DNA of 64,000 nt from a virus (lineage: Duplodnaviria > Heunggongvirae > Uroviricota > Caudoviricetes): IMG/VR virus record IMGVR_UViG_3300047159_000064; one strand, given 5' to 3'. Of this stretch, positions 30,071 to 38,844 are shown in pieces. Each line of letters begins with the position of its first letter. The stretch's first letter is position 1. A program made the position numbers and the translations under genes. The notes below the pieces were generated by a model. The model ran no database searches, was not told where the DNA came from, and was given only the letters and a program-made list of their open reading frames with translations.

Positions 30071-30858
30071 TATTTTTTCCTTCTGAGATATTGGGACAGC
30101 TGGGCTCTGTTGGCCGCTTTCTTCTGCATGTCGGCCATTTTGCCGCTCAGCGCAACGGCTTTCACCGCGTCTCTGTTGGTTTTGTTCCTGGCCTTGACTT
30201 CGGCTTCGCTCTCGACGACCTGAGTCCTGCCGTTGATGACGCTCTCGGCGAATTTCAGGCGCTTGTACGATTTCAGCTCTTCCGGAGAAATGACGCCTTC
30301 GTAGGCCTTCAGCTTCGTCGGGATGTATTTGTTTTTGTAGAAGTCGACGATTTCCTTTAGCTCGTCCTGCGTGAGTGAAGACAACGAGCCGTCTTTCTCT
30401 ACGTCTGACACCAGGCCGAGTTCGTCAGGCAGAATGCCGTCAAGCAGCTGGCTTTGCTGATCGAAAAGCCTCGCGGCCGCTCCGAGCAGCTTGTTGTCGC
30501 CGTATGAGAAGTCTTCGCCGTAATAGACGACTGTCACTTCCTCAGGCCGGCCGATCAGTATCTCTTTGCCCGGCATATTGACGAACGCCTCAGGGGCGAT
30601 GACCATGCCTTTCTTCTTCGTCACTATCGGATTGATGAACGTTTTTATGGCGTCGTTGAATCTGATGCAGAACACGCGTTTAGCGATGCCGATCTGCGGC
30701 GCCGAAAGCGCCAGAATGCCAGGATTGGCGTCCATGACCGCTTTAAGCTCCGCCATTATGGCGTTGCCTTCTGTCTTGTCAGTTCCGGCGTCGCTGAGGA
30801 ATTTCAGCGGTTCCGCCGGCGCGCGCAATGCGTTTAAATCTGCGATTATCTCTCTCAT
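30070..30858 (-). CDS. Peptide deformylase-like protein with degenerate catalytic motifs
   Basis: ALSAPQIG (motif 1), FINPIVT, EAFVNMP in place of EGCLS, DQQSQLLDGIL in place of HExDH. Confidence 0.75.
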   Translation of the reverse strand: MREIIADLNALRAPAEPLKFLSDAGTDKTEGNAIMAELKAVMDANPGILALSAPQIGIAKRVFCIRFNDAIKTFINPIVTKKKGMVIAPEAFVNMPGKEILIGRPEEVTVVYYGEDFSYGDNKLLGAAARLFDQQSQLLDGILPDELGLVSDVEKDGSLSSLTQDELKEIVDFYKNKYIPTKLKAYEGVISPEELKSYKRLKFAESVINGRTQVVESEAEVKARNKTNRDAVKAVALSGKMADMQKKAANRAQLSQYLRRKK

Positions 30859-30885
30859 TTGCCTATGTTCCCTTTAATCTATGAT

Positions 30886-30894
30886 ATTATACGG
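30886..30894 (-). promoter_or_regulatory. Candidate early/middle promoter CCGTATAAT
   Basis: Intergenic, upstream of 30858. Confidence 0.55.
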
Positions 30895-30967
30895 CAATAT
30901 CTAATAATTTAATAATTCATTAAAAAGCATAAAAAAACAAGCCTGCGCCTGATGGTTTTTATCGACG

Positions 30968-31339
30968 CTAAGCCTGTTTGGCCTTGTCTTCTGCCACTAA
31001 ATCGCCCAAATCGGCGCCGAGTTTGGCTATGGCGCCGTCGTTTTCTGCTTCGACCGACGCTTCGTCCGCTTTGTCGTCCGTCAGCGCCTTCAGCAGCGCC
31101 GCGTCTTTGCCGGCCTGCTTCTTGGACGTTCTTTTCCTGAGCCCGAGAAGATAGATTATGTACGCTAGTCTGTTGTAGTTCTCTTCCACTTTGGCGACGT
31201 CTTCTTTCACGGCGGTCAGCTTCTCTTCGGTTATGTGGCCTTCTTTGAAGGCCTCGTCGAAATCGGCCAGATCGCCTTTCATCTCGAGGTACTGCGCCTG
31301 AACAGAGGCATAGTATTTCCTTACGTCTTTTACAGCCAT
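30968..31339 (-). CDS. Hypothetical coiled-coil protein
   Basis: 123 aa ORF in a tightly packed operon. Confidence 0.6.
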   Translation of the reverse strand: MAVKDVRKYYASVQAQYLEMKGDLADFDEAFKEGHITEEKLTAVKEDVAKVEENYNRLAYIIYLLGLRKRTSKKQAGKDAALLKALTDDKADEASVEAENDGAIAKLGADLGDLVAEDKAKQA

Positions 31340-31362
31340 TGTCGTTTCCTTTCGCGCTTGGG

Positions 31363-31749
31363 CTATTCTTCTTCGTCCAGCATCAGATCTTCGGCCGAGC
31401 CGAAATAGTATTTCAGGACCGGCATAGCCGATTCCATGTCATCCAGCGTTATCTCCGTCGCCGTCGTTATCAGCTTCTTCGGATCGTTGACGAGGAGGTT
31501 CAGCTCCTTCGTTATCTTCGGCTCGTTGTAGTCTATCTTTTTGTAAGACAGCTCGAATCCGTTCGGTATCATCGGCAGGTCCGGTATCACAGGGCCGAAT
31601 TTGAGTATTCCGGTCTTGCCGCTCATTGTTCTGGTGGCGATGTAATACTCTTCGCTCTTGTCGTTCACGCATCTTATGGCGACGTTGCCCATGTCCTCTA
31701 TCTTCAAGGCCATGGTGAACACCTCTTGCGAGTTATATTCCAGTATCAT
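31363..31749 (-). CDS. Hypothetical protein
   Basis: 128 aa ORF, operon packing. Confidence 0.6.
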   Translation of the reverse strand: MILEYNSQEVFTMALKIEDMGNVAIRCVNDKSEEYYIATRTMSGKTGILKFGPVIPDLPMIPNGFELSYKKIDYNEPKITKELNLLVNDPKKLITTATEITLDDMESAMPVLKYYFGSAEDLMLDEEE

Positions 31750-31750
31750 G

Positions 31751-32047
31751 CTATTTCTCGCCTATTTTGAGATAGTATTTGTCGTTGTCGAAATCGGCGA
31801 TGAGGAACAGATTGTATTCGACGCCGTCCTCTTCTATTTCGAAGTAGTTGGTGACCTTGACGGTCGAGTTGTTGGTGTTTTTGCCGAAAGCCGGGAACTC
31901 AGTGTTTATCGCATTATCGCTCAGCTTGGTGTACATCTTGGCGTATTCGTCGCTGCCGTCTATGTTGACGACGTAGAAATGGTTGTCGTACACGCCGGTG
32001 TCTTTTATGTCCAGCCTCTTGAGAAGGCCTGTTATGTTGCTAATCAT
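31751..32047 (-). CDS. Hypothetical protein
   Basis: 98 aa ORF, operon packing. Confidence 0.6.
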   Translation of the reverse strand: MISNITGLLKRLDIKDTGVYDNHFYVVNIDGSDEYAKMYTKLSDNAINTEFPAFGKNTNNSTVKVTNYFEIEEDGVEYNLFLIADFDNDKYYLKIGEK

Positions 32048-32687
32048 CTGGTTTGTCGTCGGAAGGCTTGGTTCCGGCCTCCTCTAACTTCTCTTCTTCT
32101 TTGGCTATGGCGTCAGCGTCGATGATCTTGCCGTCGTCTTGCGCTTTTCTTCCGTCATAGGCGACGTCTTCGTCTTCGCTGCCGCCTTTGTCGTCTGTCT
32201 TAGGCGCCAGCCCGCTGAGGAGGTTCATGACCGCGTTTTTGACGCGCTCGCGCGAATCTCTGCTCAGCTGCGGCCCTTGGTCTCCTACGTTGACGGAATT
32301 GGTCTGCTGATTTATCTGGATGAGCGGCTGATCCGTCACGCCGTTCACCTGAGATTGGCTGCGCTCTATCAGATCTTGCACCGTCTTCAGCCCGTCGAGC
32401 AGATCTTTGTTGGATATCTCGTCGGGGTTCTTCGTGAAGCGGGTGACCGCTTCGTCTGTTATGACGTCGAGCAGCTCATTGAGCTTGTTGGCTCTGACCA
32501 TCGTCTTCTTGTTCTGGTTCTGATTGAACAGATAAGTAAGATCTTTGGTCTTTTGGGCGTCTTGCTCTGTTATTATCTGGCCGATTATCCTCAGCGATTC
32601 CTCGTTGAGCACGCCGGTCGGCACGGTTAAAGCGGTAGAAGCCTTTGCTTCTTCTGTCTGCTTGGTTGCTTCTGCCTTCTTTTCCAT
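32040..32687 (-). CDS. Hypothetical protein; possible terminase small subunit
   Basis: Helical core followed by a Q/N-rich beta segment (PLIQINQQTNSVNVG) reminiscent of T4 gp16-type C-termini; weak. Confidence 0.35.
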   Translation of the reverse strand: MEKKAEATKQTEEAKASTALTVPTGVLNEESLRIIGQIITEQDAQKTKDLTYLFNQNQNKKTMVRANKLNELLDVITDEAVTRFTKNPDEISNKDLLDGLKTVQDLIERSQSQVNGVTDQPLIQINQQTNSVNVGDQGPQLSRDSRERVKNAVMNLLSGLAPKTDDKGGSEDEDVAYDGRKAQDDGKIIDADAIAKEEEKLEEAGTKPSDDKPDD

Positions 32688-32691
32688 GTCT

Positions 32692-33021
32692 TTAGAATAC
32701 CTCTGACGTCAGGCTGACCAGCTTGGCCGTCAGCTCTTTCTCTAATTCGCATTCGAGCGGGTCCGCGCCCTCTATCATGCTTTTCTTTATCGTCGCCCTG
32801 AGGTCTTTGCTCGGGACGAATTTGCATTGCATGTCGGTCAGGCTGACGCTGAGCGTGCCTATGCCGATGTCGATGATGACGCTCTGCTCTTTCGAGGCAG
32901 CTGCGTCTGCGATTATGCTGCCTATACATAAATTTAGCTTATTGACCAGCTCATCCAGCACCTTGTTAGGCACCTTAGTCAGAACGCCTAGATCGTTCAC
33001 AACGTCTTGTTTTTGATTCAT
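32692..33021 (-). CDS. HU/IHF-like DNA-binding protein (shortened arms)
   Basis: Two helices then IDIGIGTLSV...CKFVPSKDLR, matching the HU beta pattern. Confidence 0.5.
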   Translation of the reverse strand: MNQKQDVVNDLGVLTKVPNKVLDELVNKLNLCIGSIIADAAASKEQSVIIDIGIGTLSVSLTDMQCKFVPSKDLRATIKKSMIEGADPLECELEKELTAKLVSLTSEVF

Positions 33022-33038
33022 TTTGTGTTTTCTCCTTG

Positions 33039-33287
33039 TTAGTCGTCGTCTATGTTCTTCAGTATCTTCATCGGATCTTCGCCGTGCAGCTTCCACAGGC
33101 TGTCGTCGATGCTTTTAACGTAAGCGTCGTACGATCTGCCTAGCTTGTACTGCACGCAGCTCGCCATTATCTGGCTTTCGCTGTACTTCGACGAGAAGAC
33201 GTCCCTTACGAACTTTACCCTCGTCTCGAAAGTGCGCTGCTCTTTCGGGAATTTGTCTATGACGGGCTTCTTTTCGCTATCTGTCAT
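33039..33287 (-). CDS. Hypothetical protein
   Basis: 82 aa ORF. Confidence 0.55.
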   Translation of the reverse strand: MTDSEKKPVIDKFPKEQRTFETRVKFVRDVFSSKYSESQIMASCVQYKLGRSYDAYVKSIDDSLWKLHGEDPMKILKNIDDD

Positions 33288-33678
33288 CTTTGTGTATCTG
33301 GCTTCTGTCGATGTTGTACTGCCCCATTATAGGCAGCAGCTTCAGGTAGAGCGCCATGACCTTGCTCTTCTGCTTAGCTGACAGGCCGCTCAGCTTCGAT
33401 TCCGCCGTCGCCATGTCGTCGCCTTCGATATTGACGTATTGGTACAAGAGCAGCGCGTTCGAAACGATCACGAAGTCATCCGCCGTCGGAAACGTCACGG
33501 TCTTCCCTGCGAAATATGCCAGCAGCCTGGCCAGATTGCTGCCGTCTAGCAGATAGCACAGTTCGCTCAGCACGGCGTATTCCGGGACGTCCTGCACTTT
33601 GTACATAACGAACAGCATCAGCGAATAGACGTCGGACAGCTGCAGCGCGTCGAGGCTGTTTTTGACTTTATTCTTCAT
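33277..33678 (-). CDS. Hypothetical protein, possibly Mor/C-like transcription activator
   Basis: LLAYFAGKTVTFP resembles the Mor-family FGG..YxP segment; weak. Confidence 0.4.
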   Translation of the reverse strand: MKNKVKNSLDALQLSDVYSLMLFVMYKVQDVPEYAVLSELCYLLDGSNLARLLAYFAGKTVTFPTADDFVIVSNALLLYQYVNIEGDDMATAESKLSGLSAKQKSKVMALYLKLLPIMGQYNIDRSQIHKDDR

Positions 33679-34489
33679 CTTGGTTGGCCGATTCTCCCGC
33701 CGGGTTGGATATTATGTCATCCAGATACTCATCGGCTATGTCGGCCGATTTGTAGCAGTCCATGATGTCCTTCTTCATTTCCACGAAGAACTCCTTGAGC
33801 AGGACTCTGACGTAATTAGACATCGACTTAGGCAGCTTTCACAATATCATCGTTATCGCGCTGGCGTCGAGCTTTTTCTTGGTCTTTATCGCGCTGACGC
33901 AATTCAGCATCAGCGATATCTTCAGCCGCTTGTATTCTATCGAGTCTTTGCCGAACGGCGATTTTATCAGGACCCTGTCGAGCAGCTCGCCGCAGTTCTG
34001 GAACGACTCTTGGACGTTCTGCTGGAACGCCTCGTTGACGCCGAGCGTCTCCCTGGCGTCGTCTTTCAGCTTCTCGTTGTAGCTGAATGCGTCGAACTTC
34101 GTCGACACGAACTCCTCTGAGATGACCTCTCTGAAGCTTTCTCTCTGGTATTCTATCTTCATAGGATACAAGAGCGCCTTAGTGTAATTCAAGCTCGATT
34201 TTATGGGCCTTATTTTCTTGCCCTTTATCGTTTTGCCTTGGTTCTGCAGGTTTTTCCTCAGAGCGAAGAACAGCCTGTTCGCCGCGTAGAACGAATACGG
34301 ATCGTAGTCCTGGAAGTTAGAGAACATCCCTTTCTTTATCGCCAGCGCCTTGACGAGCAATCATAGGTAGTTGTATACCGTGTTCTCGACTTCTGGGTAT
34401 TCTCCTGGGTTCCTGAGCTTCTCCATGTTCTTGTCGATGTACATGCACAGCTCGGTATATTTTAGACCGCTAGGTTTTTTAAAAAGCAT
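33668..34489 (-). CDS. Conserved-looking helical protein, candidate T4 gp55-like late sigma factor; 2 TGA=Trp (34363-34361, 33841-33839); probable indel near 33695
   Basis: MLFKKPSGLKYTELCMYID...VYNYL*LLVKALAIKK...MIL*KLPKSMSNYV; next to the SbcCD (gp46/47-like) genes. Confidence 0.45.
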
Positions 34490-34551
34490 TATTTACCATG
34501 CCCTCCTTTGTTGCCTGATTCTTTCCGTATCTCTTGCGTATGTTTCATTTA

Positions 34552-36420
34552 TTATGCCGTTATCTCGCTTATGCCGTTCTCGTCTTTGACGACGTGCAGC
34601 TCCGAGTCTATCGGCAGCTCGAGCTCTTCCGCGTGATGCGAGACGATGAACACCGAATCTATGGAGTCGAGCTCGCTTTCGACCAGGCTCATGACCGCGT
34701 CGCAGCTTCGCTTGTCCAGGAAGTCCGTTATCTCGTCGAGCACCAGCATGTTTGAATCGGCGCCGAGGTAGAATATCAGCATGTTCCTTATGGCGAACTG
34801 CAGTATCAGATCCACGCGCTGCTTCTCGCCGCCAGACAGATTGTCGAACATCTTGCCGCAGTACGCGATGTCTAGATCGTTGTCGTCCAGCCTGACGTCA
34901 AGCTCGTCCGTGCCGAACACAGTTTTGCAGTACTCTTTGGCTTTCTTGTTGATGTACGCTATGACGTTCGACAGGAGATAGCCGCGGAAGTCGCGCTTTA
35001 TCAGCGTCTCCATCTTCTTGACCACCGCCAGATGCTCTTGCGTGTCAAGCTTGCCGTCTTCCGTCAGCTTTATCGCGCTGTCGAGCTTGGCGACCGAGTC
35101 TTTGAGCGACGCGGCGGCGTTTTCGACAGAAAGCTTGTTCTTGTCCCAATTCGCCTTGTCGAAGCATAATTTGTCAAGCCTGCGTTTTTCGGAGTCCATT
35201 TGGCTCGAAAAGCCGCTTTTTTTGAGTTTCAGCTCAGACGCCTTGCTTTTGTTGCCGGCCAGATGCCCGTTCAGCTCGCTGAGATCGGCGGCGAACGTCG
35301 CGTCGATCTCGTCGAGGTAGCTCTTATGCTCTTTGTTGACGGTCGCCTCTCGTTCGGCGAAAACGGGGAGCTGCTGCTGCCATTTGATCAGCTCAAGCTC
35401 TTGCTTGCTCGTGTCCGGCTTTATGACGCCGGCTATCTTCTGCCCGCAGACCGGGCAGACGTCCTTTATGCTCTTCAGCCTCGCTATCTCGTCTTTCAGC
35501 GCGGCTATCTTGTTTTCTATGCCGGATCTGTCGGCCTTGATGCCGGACATAACGCTGTTGTAGGCGATGAGCTCTTGCGCGCCTACCTTCGATTTCTCGG
35601 TCATTTTGCTCATCAAAGCGCTATTGGTCTTCTCTGTGTCAGCATCTAAAGCGTCGAGCTCGGCAGACGCGGAATTGAACCCTGCGGTAGCCGCGGATAG
35701 CGCTGAGTTGGCCTCGAGGATCTCCGCGTCGAAATCCGGCCTTTTCAGCGAGGCGAGCAGCTTATTGTCGGCGTCGAGCGTGGCTTGGAAGCCGTCTTTG
35801 CTCGTGCGGTTGACCAAAAGGCTGTCTTCGTATTCGCGGAGCTTGGAATTCAGCGCGTTCTCCCTCGAGGACACCCTGTTCTTTATGTCGTCTATCATGA
35901 AATCAGATTTAGTCAGCTTCTCGAGCAGCTCTTTTCTGCCGGACGGGCTGAACGACGAAAATTTGTTCGGCATGCCTTGGCCGATGATTATCGTCGACGC
36001 TATGAGGTCTTTGGTGAGATCCGGCAGCTGCTCGGCAAGCTTCTTCTCAGATTCGCGGATGCCTTTGCCCGAGACGTCCTCGCCGTTTTTTATTATCTTG
36101 AGATCCGTGTTAGGCGATATGAACCTCGTTATCTCGAACGAGTCAGAATCGTGCGAAAAAGACAAAGCCACGTAGGCTTCGTCGTCTTCCGCTGCCGCCA
36201 GGTTCTTCAGATTCGAATGAAGGCCGTTCACGGTCTCGCCGGTAAGGGCGAAGGATATGCCGTTCCAAATCTGCGATTTGCCGGCTCCGTTTGACAGCGC
36301 GTTGTCTTTCTTGCAGCGGTTGACGCCCGTCACCAGGCAGAAGCCTTTGTTCTGCAGGCCGACGTCGGCGTGGCCGTAGCTGCCGAAATTATGCAGCGTC
36401 ACTTTCTTAAATTGCAGCAT
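34552..36420 (-). CDS. sbcC: SbcC/Rad50-like SMC ATPase (gp46-like)
   Basis: SNGAGKS Walker A, CPVC zinc hook, LSGGEKQR signature, LVLDE Walker B. Confidence 0.9.
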   Translation of the reverse strand: MLQFKKVTLHNFGSYGHADVGLQNKGFCLVTGVNRCKKDNALSNGAGKSQIWNGISFALTGETVNGLHSNLKNLAAAEDDEAYVALSFSHDSDSFEITRFISPNTDLKIIKNGEDVSGKGIRESEKKLAEQLPDLTKDLIASTIIIGQGMPNKFSSFSPSGRKELLEKLTKSDFMIDDIKNRVSSRENALNSKLREYEDSLLVNRTSKDGFQATLDADNKLLASLKRPDFDAEILEANSALSAATAGFNSASAELDALDADTEKTNSALMSKMTEKSKVGAQELIAYNSVMSGIKADRSGIENKIAALKDEIARLKSIKDVCPVCGQKIAGVIKPDTSKQELELIKWQQQLPVFAEREATVNKEHKSYLDEIDATFAADLSELNGHLAGNKSKASELKLKKSGFSSQMDSEKRRLDKLCFDKANWDKNKLSVENAAASLKDSVAKLDSAIKLTEDGKLDTQEHLAVVKKMETLIKRDFRGYLLSNVIAYINKKAKEYCKTVFGTDELDVRLDDNDLDIAYCGKMFDNLSGGEKQRVDLILQFAIRNMLIFYLGADSNMLVLDEITDFLDKRSCDAVMSLVESELDSIDSVFIVSHHAEELELPIDSELHVVKDENGISEITA

Positions 36421-36823
36421 CTTTGCCCATCCAATCGCTCATGTTGAGGCAGACGAGCTGCCAGAAGCAGTTCCAATGGAACGCTTTCTCGGCGTTGTAC
36501 TTGCTCAGCACTTCGTCCTGCGTCCCCGGCACGATGCGCTCCACCATGCCGTTTTCGCCGACTCTGAAGTATTTCCTCTCGCAGTCGGCGTATTGCTCGT
36601 ACTCTGACAGCGTAGAGGCTATTATAGCTATTTTCTTGTTCTCGGCGCCGTCTTTCTCGATGGGCTCCGTCAGAATATAGTAATCGCGCATGAACTTTAT
36701 GTAGGTGACGAAATAGTCTATGGGGTTGTTGAGCTCGGCGACGTCGCGCTTCTGAAGCGCCCTGAGCTCTCTGTCGTAGCATTTGAAAAGCCTGCTGTAT
36801 TTCTTTTTGAATTCCTTATTCAT
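36407..36823 (-). CDS. Hypothetical protein
   Basis: 138 aa ORF between sbcD and sbcC. Confidence 0.6.
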   Translation of the reverse strand: MNKEFKKKYSRLFKCYDRELRALQKRDVAELNNPIDYFVTYIKFMRDYYILTEPIEKDGAENKKIAIIASTLSEYEQYADCERKYFRVGENGMVERIVPGTQDEVLSKYNAEKAFHWNCFWQLVCLNMSDWMGKDAAI

Positions 36824-36846
36824 ATTTAACGGCTCTTTACTCTATT

Positions 36847-36855
36847 ATTATACGA
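36847..36855 (-). promoter_or_regulatory. Candidate early/middle promoter TCGTATAAT
   Basis: Intergenic, upstream of 36823. Confidence 0.55.
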
Positions 36856-36881
36856 CAACGGCTTGGCAAAAGCCTTCTGCC

Positions 36882-37913
36882 CTACTTGCATATTTCCGCC
36901 AATTCCGATTCGAGCACTGCCGAGTTGTTTATCTTGGCGCGGCAGCACTCCACGAACTTGGCCAGATGATCCATCGTCAGCTCCGAGATGTCGCCTTCTT
37001 CTGCGGCTTGCCCTTGCTTTTCGGCTATCAGCCGTATCTCGACTATTTTGCCGGACGCCTGAAGCGCGGCGAGCTTGTCTTTCGCCGCCTGCATCAGCGA
37101 TTCCGCGCATTTGACCGAAACGACGGCGTTGTTTTTTATGCTGTCCAGTGCCGAAAGGCCGCTTTGGTCGGCTATCTCAATCTTATAGAAATTGAACGCC
37201 TCTGGGTTTTCGACGAACCTGCACTGCAGCGTGTCTGTGTCTATCAGCATCGCGCTGTGGCGGTATCTGAAGGCGTCTTCGCCGAAGTCCTTGCCTGTTA
37301 TGTTGCCTAGGTTTATCGCGTTGGTCGAAATCTGCTGGCCGTTATGAAGGTGCCCGTTGACGAACAGAGAGCACGAATTGCCTATGTCGTCAATGTCGAA
37401 TCCCGCCCTTGAGACTATGGGCCCCATTTGGATGCCTTTGACGTCGTTGTGCGAAAGAATCAGCCTAGGCTTGTCCGTCATGCCGCCGAAATACCGCGCC
37501 AGCGGCTTTCTGTCGCTCTCTATGATGTACGGCAGAAGGCAGATCTCTATGCCGCCCAGCTCGAGCGTCTTAGGCTCCGTAACTATGTCATTGTTCTCGG
37601 CGAACAGCGCGTTGACCGAATTGAATTCGAGGCTGCTCACCGACGAATCGTGGTTGCCGACCAGATAATAATGCTTGATGGCGGACCATTTCACCGAGGT
37701 CAGCGCCGTTATGGTCTCGCTGTCCAGATCCGGCTGATCGAAAAAGTCGCCCAAATTGAAAACGGCGTCGCACCCCTCTGATTCGGCGAGGCGCTCAGCC
37801 CAATTGAGCGTATTGACGCAATTCTCAAGCCTAAGCGAGTATTTTTTCCCGTATCCTCTTATTATGCTGGCGGCTCTGCACATGTGCAGATCCGTGTAAA
37901 TCAGTATTTTCAT
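36882..37913 (-). CDS. sbcD: SbcD/Mre11-like metallophosphoesterase nuclease (gp47-like)
   Basis: TDLH, LGDFFD, VGNHD, NGHLH. Confidence 0.9.
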   Translation of the reverse strand: MKILIYTDLHMCRAASIIRGYGKKYSLRLENCVNTLNWAERLAESEGCDAVFNLGDFFDQPDLDSETITALTSVKWSAIKHYYLVGNHDSSVSSLEFNSVNALFAENNDIVTEPKTLELGGIEICLLPYIIESDRKPLARYFGGMTDKPRLILSHNDVKGIQMGPIVSRAGFDIDDIGNSCSLFVNGHLHNGQQISTNAINLGNITGKDFGEDAFRYRHSAMLIDTDTLQCRFVENPEAFNFYKIEIADQSGLSALDSIKNNAVVSVKCAESLMQAAKDKLAALQASGKIVEIRLIAEKQGQAAEEGDISELTMDHLAKFVECCRAKINNSAVLESELAEICK

Positions 37914-37943
37914 GATGTTGTTTCCTAATCGGCGGCGGATTAT

Positions 37944-38243
37944 CTAGTCTTGCGGCTTATCTTCGCTATGCGCCGTTTTGTGATTGGCATTAGTGCGGAA
38001 ATAAGCCTCGTCTATGAGTTTTATGAAATCTTTGTAGCCGTCGAAATCCACGATGTAGTTCTGCAAATTCTCGCCGTTGCTTCTGATGTACGGCTTCTCG
38101 TTGTAGTAGTCCCACAGGACTTTGGCGACTTCTACTCTGGTTCCGTCGGCCAAAACGAAGTTTATTGCCAAGCCGTCTATGACGTACTCCGATACGTCGA
38201 CGAGCTCGAACGCGTTGGCCGTCGCTATGATCGGCCCTGTCAT
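37944..38243 (-). CDS. Hypothetical protein
   Basis: 99 aa ORF. Confidence 0.55.
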   Translation of the reverse strand: MTGPIIATANAFELVDVSEYVIDGLAINFVLADGTRVEVAKVLWDYYNEKPYIRSNGENLQNYIVDFDGYKDFIKLIDEAYFRTNANHKTAHSEDKPQD

Positions 38244-38833
38244 TATTCTGCGGCTCCGTTCTCGTTTTCGAAGCAGGTCGCCGCCATGTCGGCCATTCTG
38301 GCGAGCGTCACAAGCGGATAGCTCTTAAGGATATCGTGCAGATCGTTCGTGTAGTTGTCGAGCGGCCGCGACTGAACGATGGCCTCTATCTGCTCGTCGG
38401 TGAACTGGAAGAAATGATTGACGGTCATGTAGGAGCTGAACCCGAGATCGCCGTACGTCGGTCTGTCTTCTTTTAGCCGATAGGCCGGCACGGACTCCCA
38501 TTGCCCGGTTTCGTCGTTTTTGACGTTCTTCTGGAATCCTTCGTACATCTCTGCGCGGTAGATGTCGCGGAACAGCGCGACCTTTATGATGTCTTCCTGC
38601 GAGTATCTGCCTGGGAAGTACGCGTTGGCCAAAGAGCCGAGCTCATAGTACGTGTCGAGCGCGTACTGGCACAATCCGCCTGGATATGCCTTGAAATACT
38701 GCGGGCTCGCCGGCTTTTCGAAATAATCGACTGAGTCGAGGTATTTCGAGAAAGTGGTCAAATCGACTCCGAGCTTGCTCAGAAGCTCGAGGTATTTCGT
38801 CTTGTTAGCCAATAATTGTTCTTGCGTAAGCAT
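38243..38833 (-). CDS. HD-domain-like protein with degenerate metal ligands
   Basis: AYPGGLCQYAL and ALFRDIY in place of the usual GGLxxH and LLHDIGK; final ADM retained. Confidence 0.6.
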   Translation of the reverse strand: MLTQEQLLANKTKYLELLSKLGVDLTTFSKYLDSVDYFEKPASPQYFKAYPGGLCQYALDTYYELGSLANAYFPGRYSQEDIIKVALFRDIYRAEMYEGFQKNVKNDETGQWESVPAYRLKEDRPTYGDLGFSSYMTVNHFFQFTDEQIEAIVQSRPLDNYTNDLHDILKSYPLVTLARMADMAATCFENENGAAE

Positions 38834-38844
38834 GTGTTTGCCTC

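Noticed and set aside
32930-32938. Near-match to the late motif (GCTAAATTT)
   Set aside because: One mismatch and inside a CDS; not counted.
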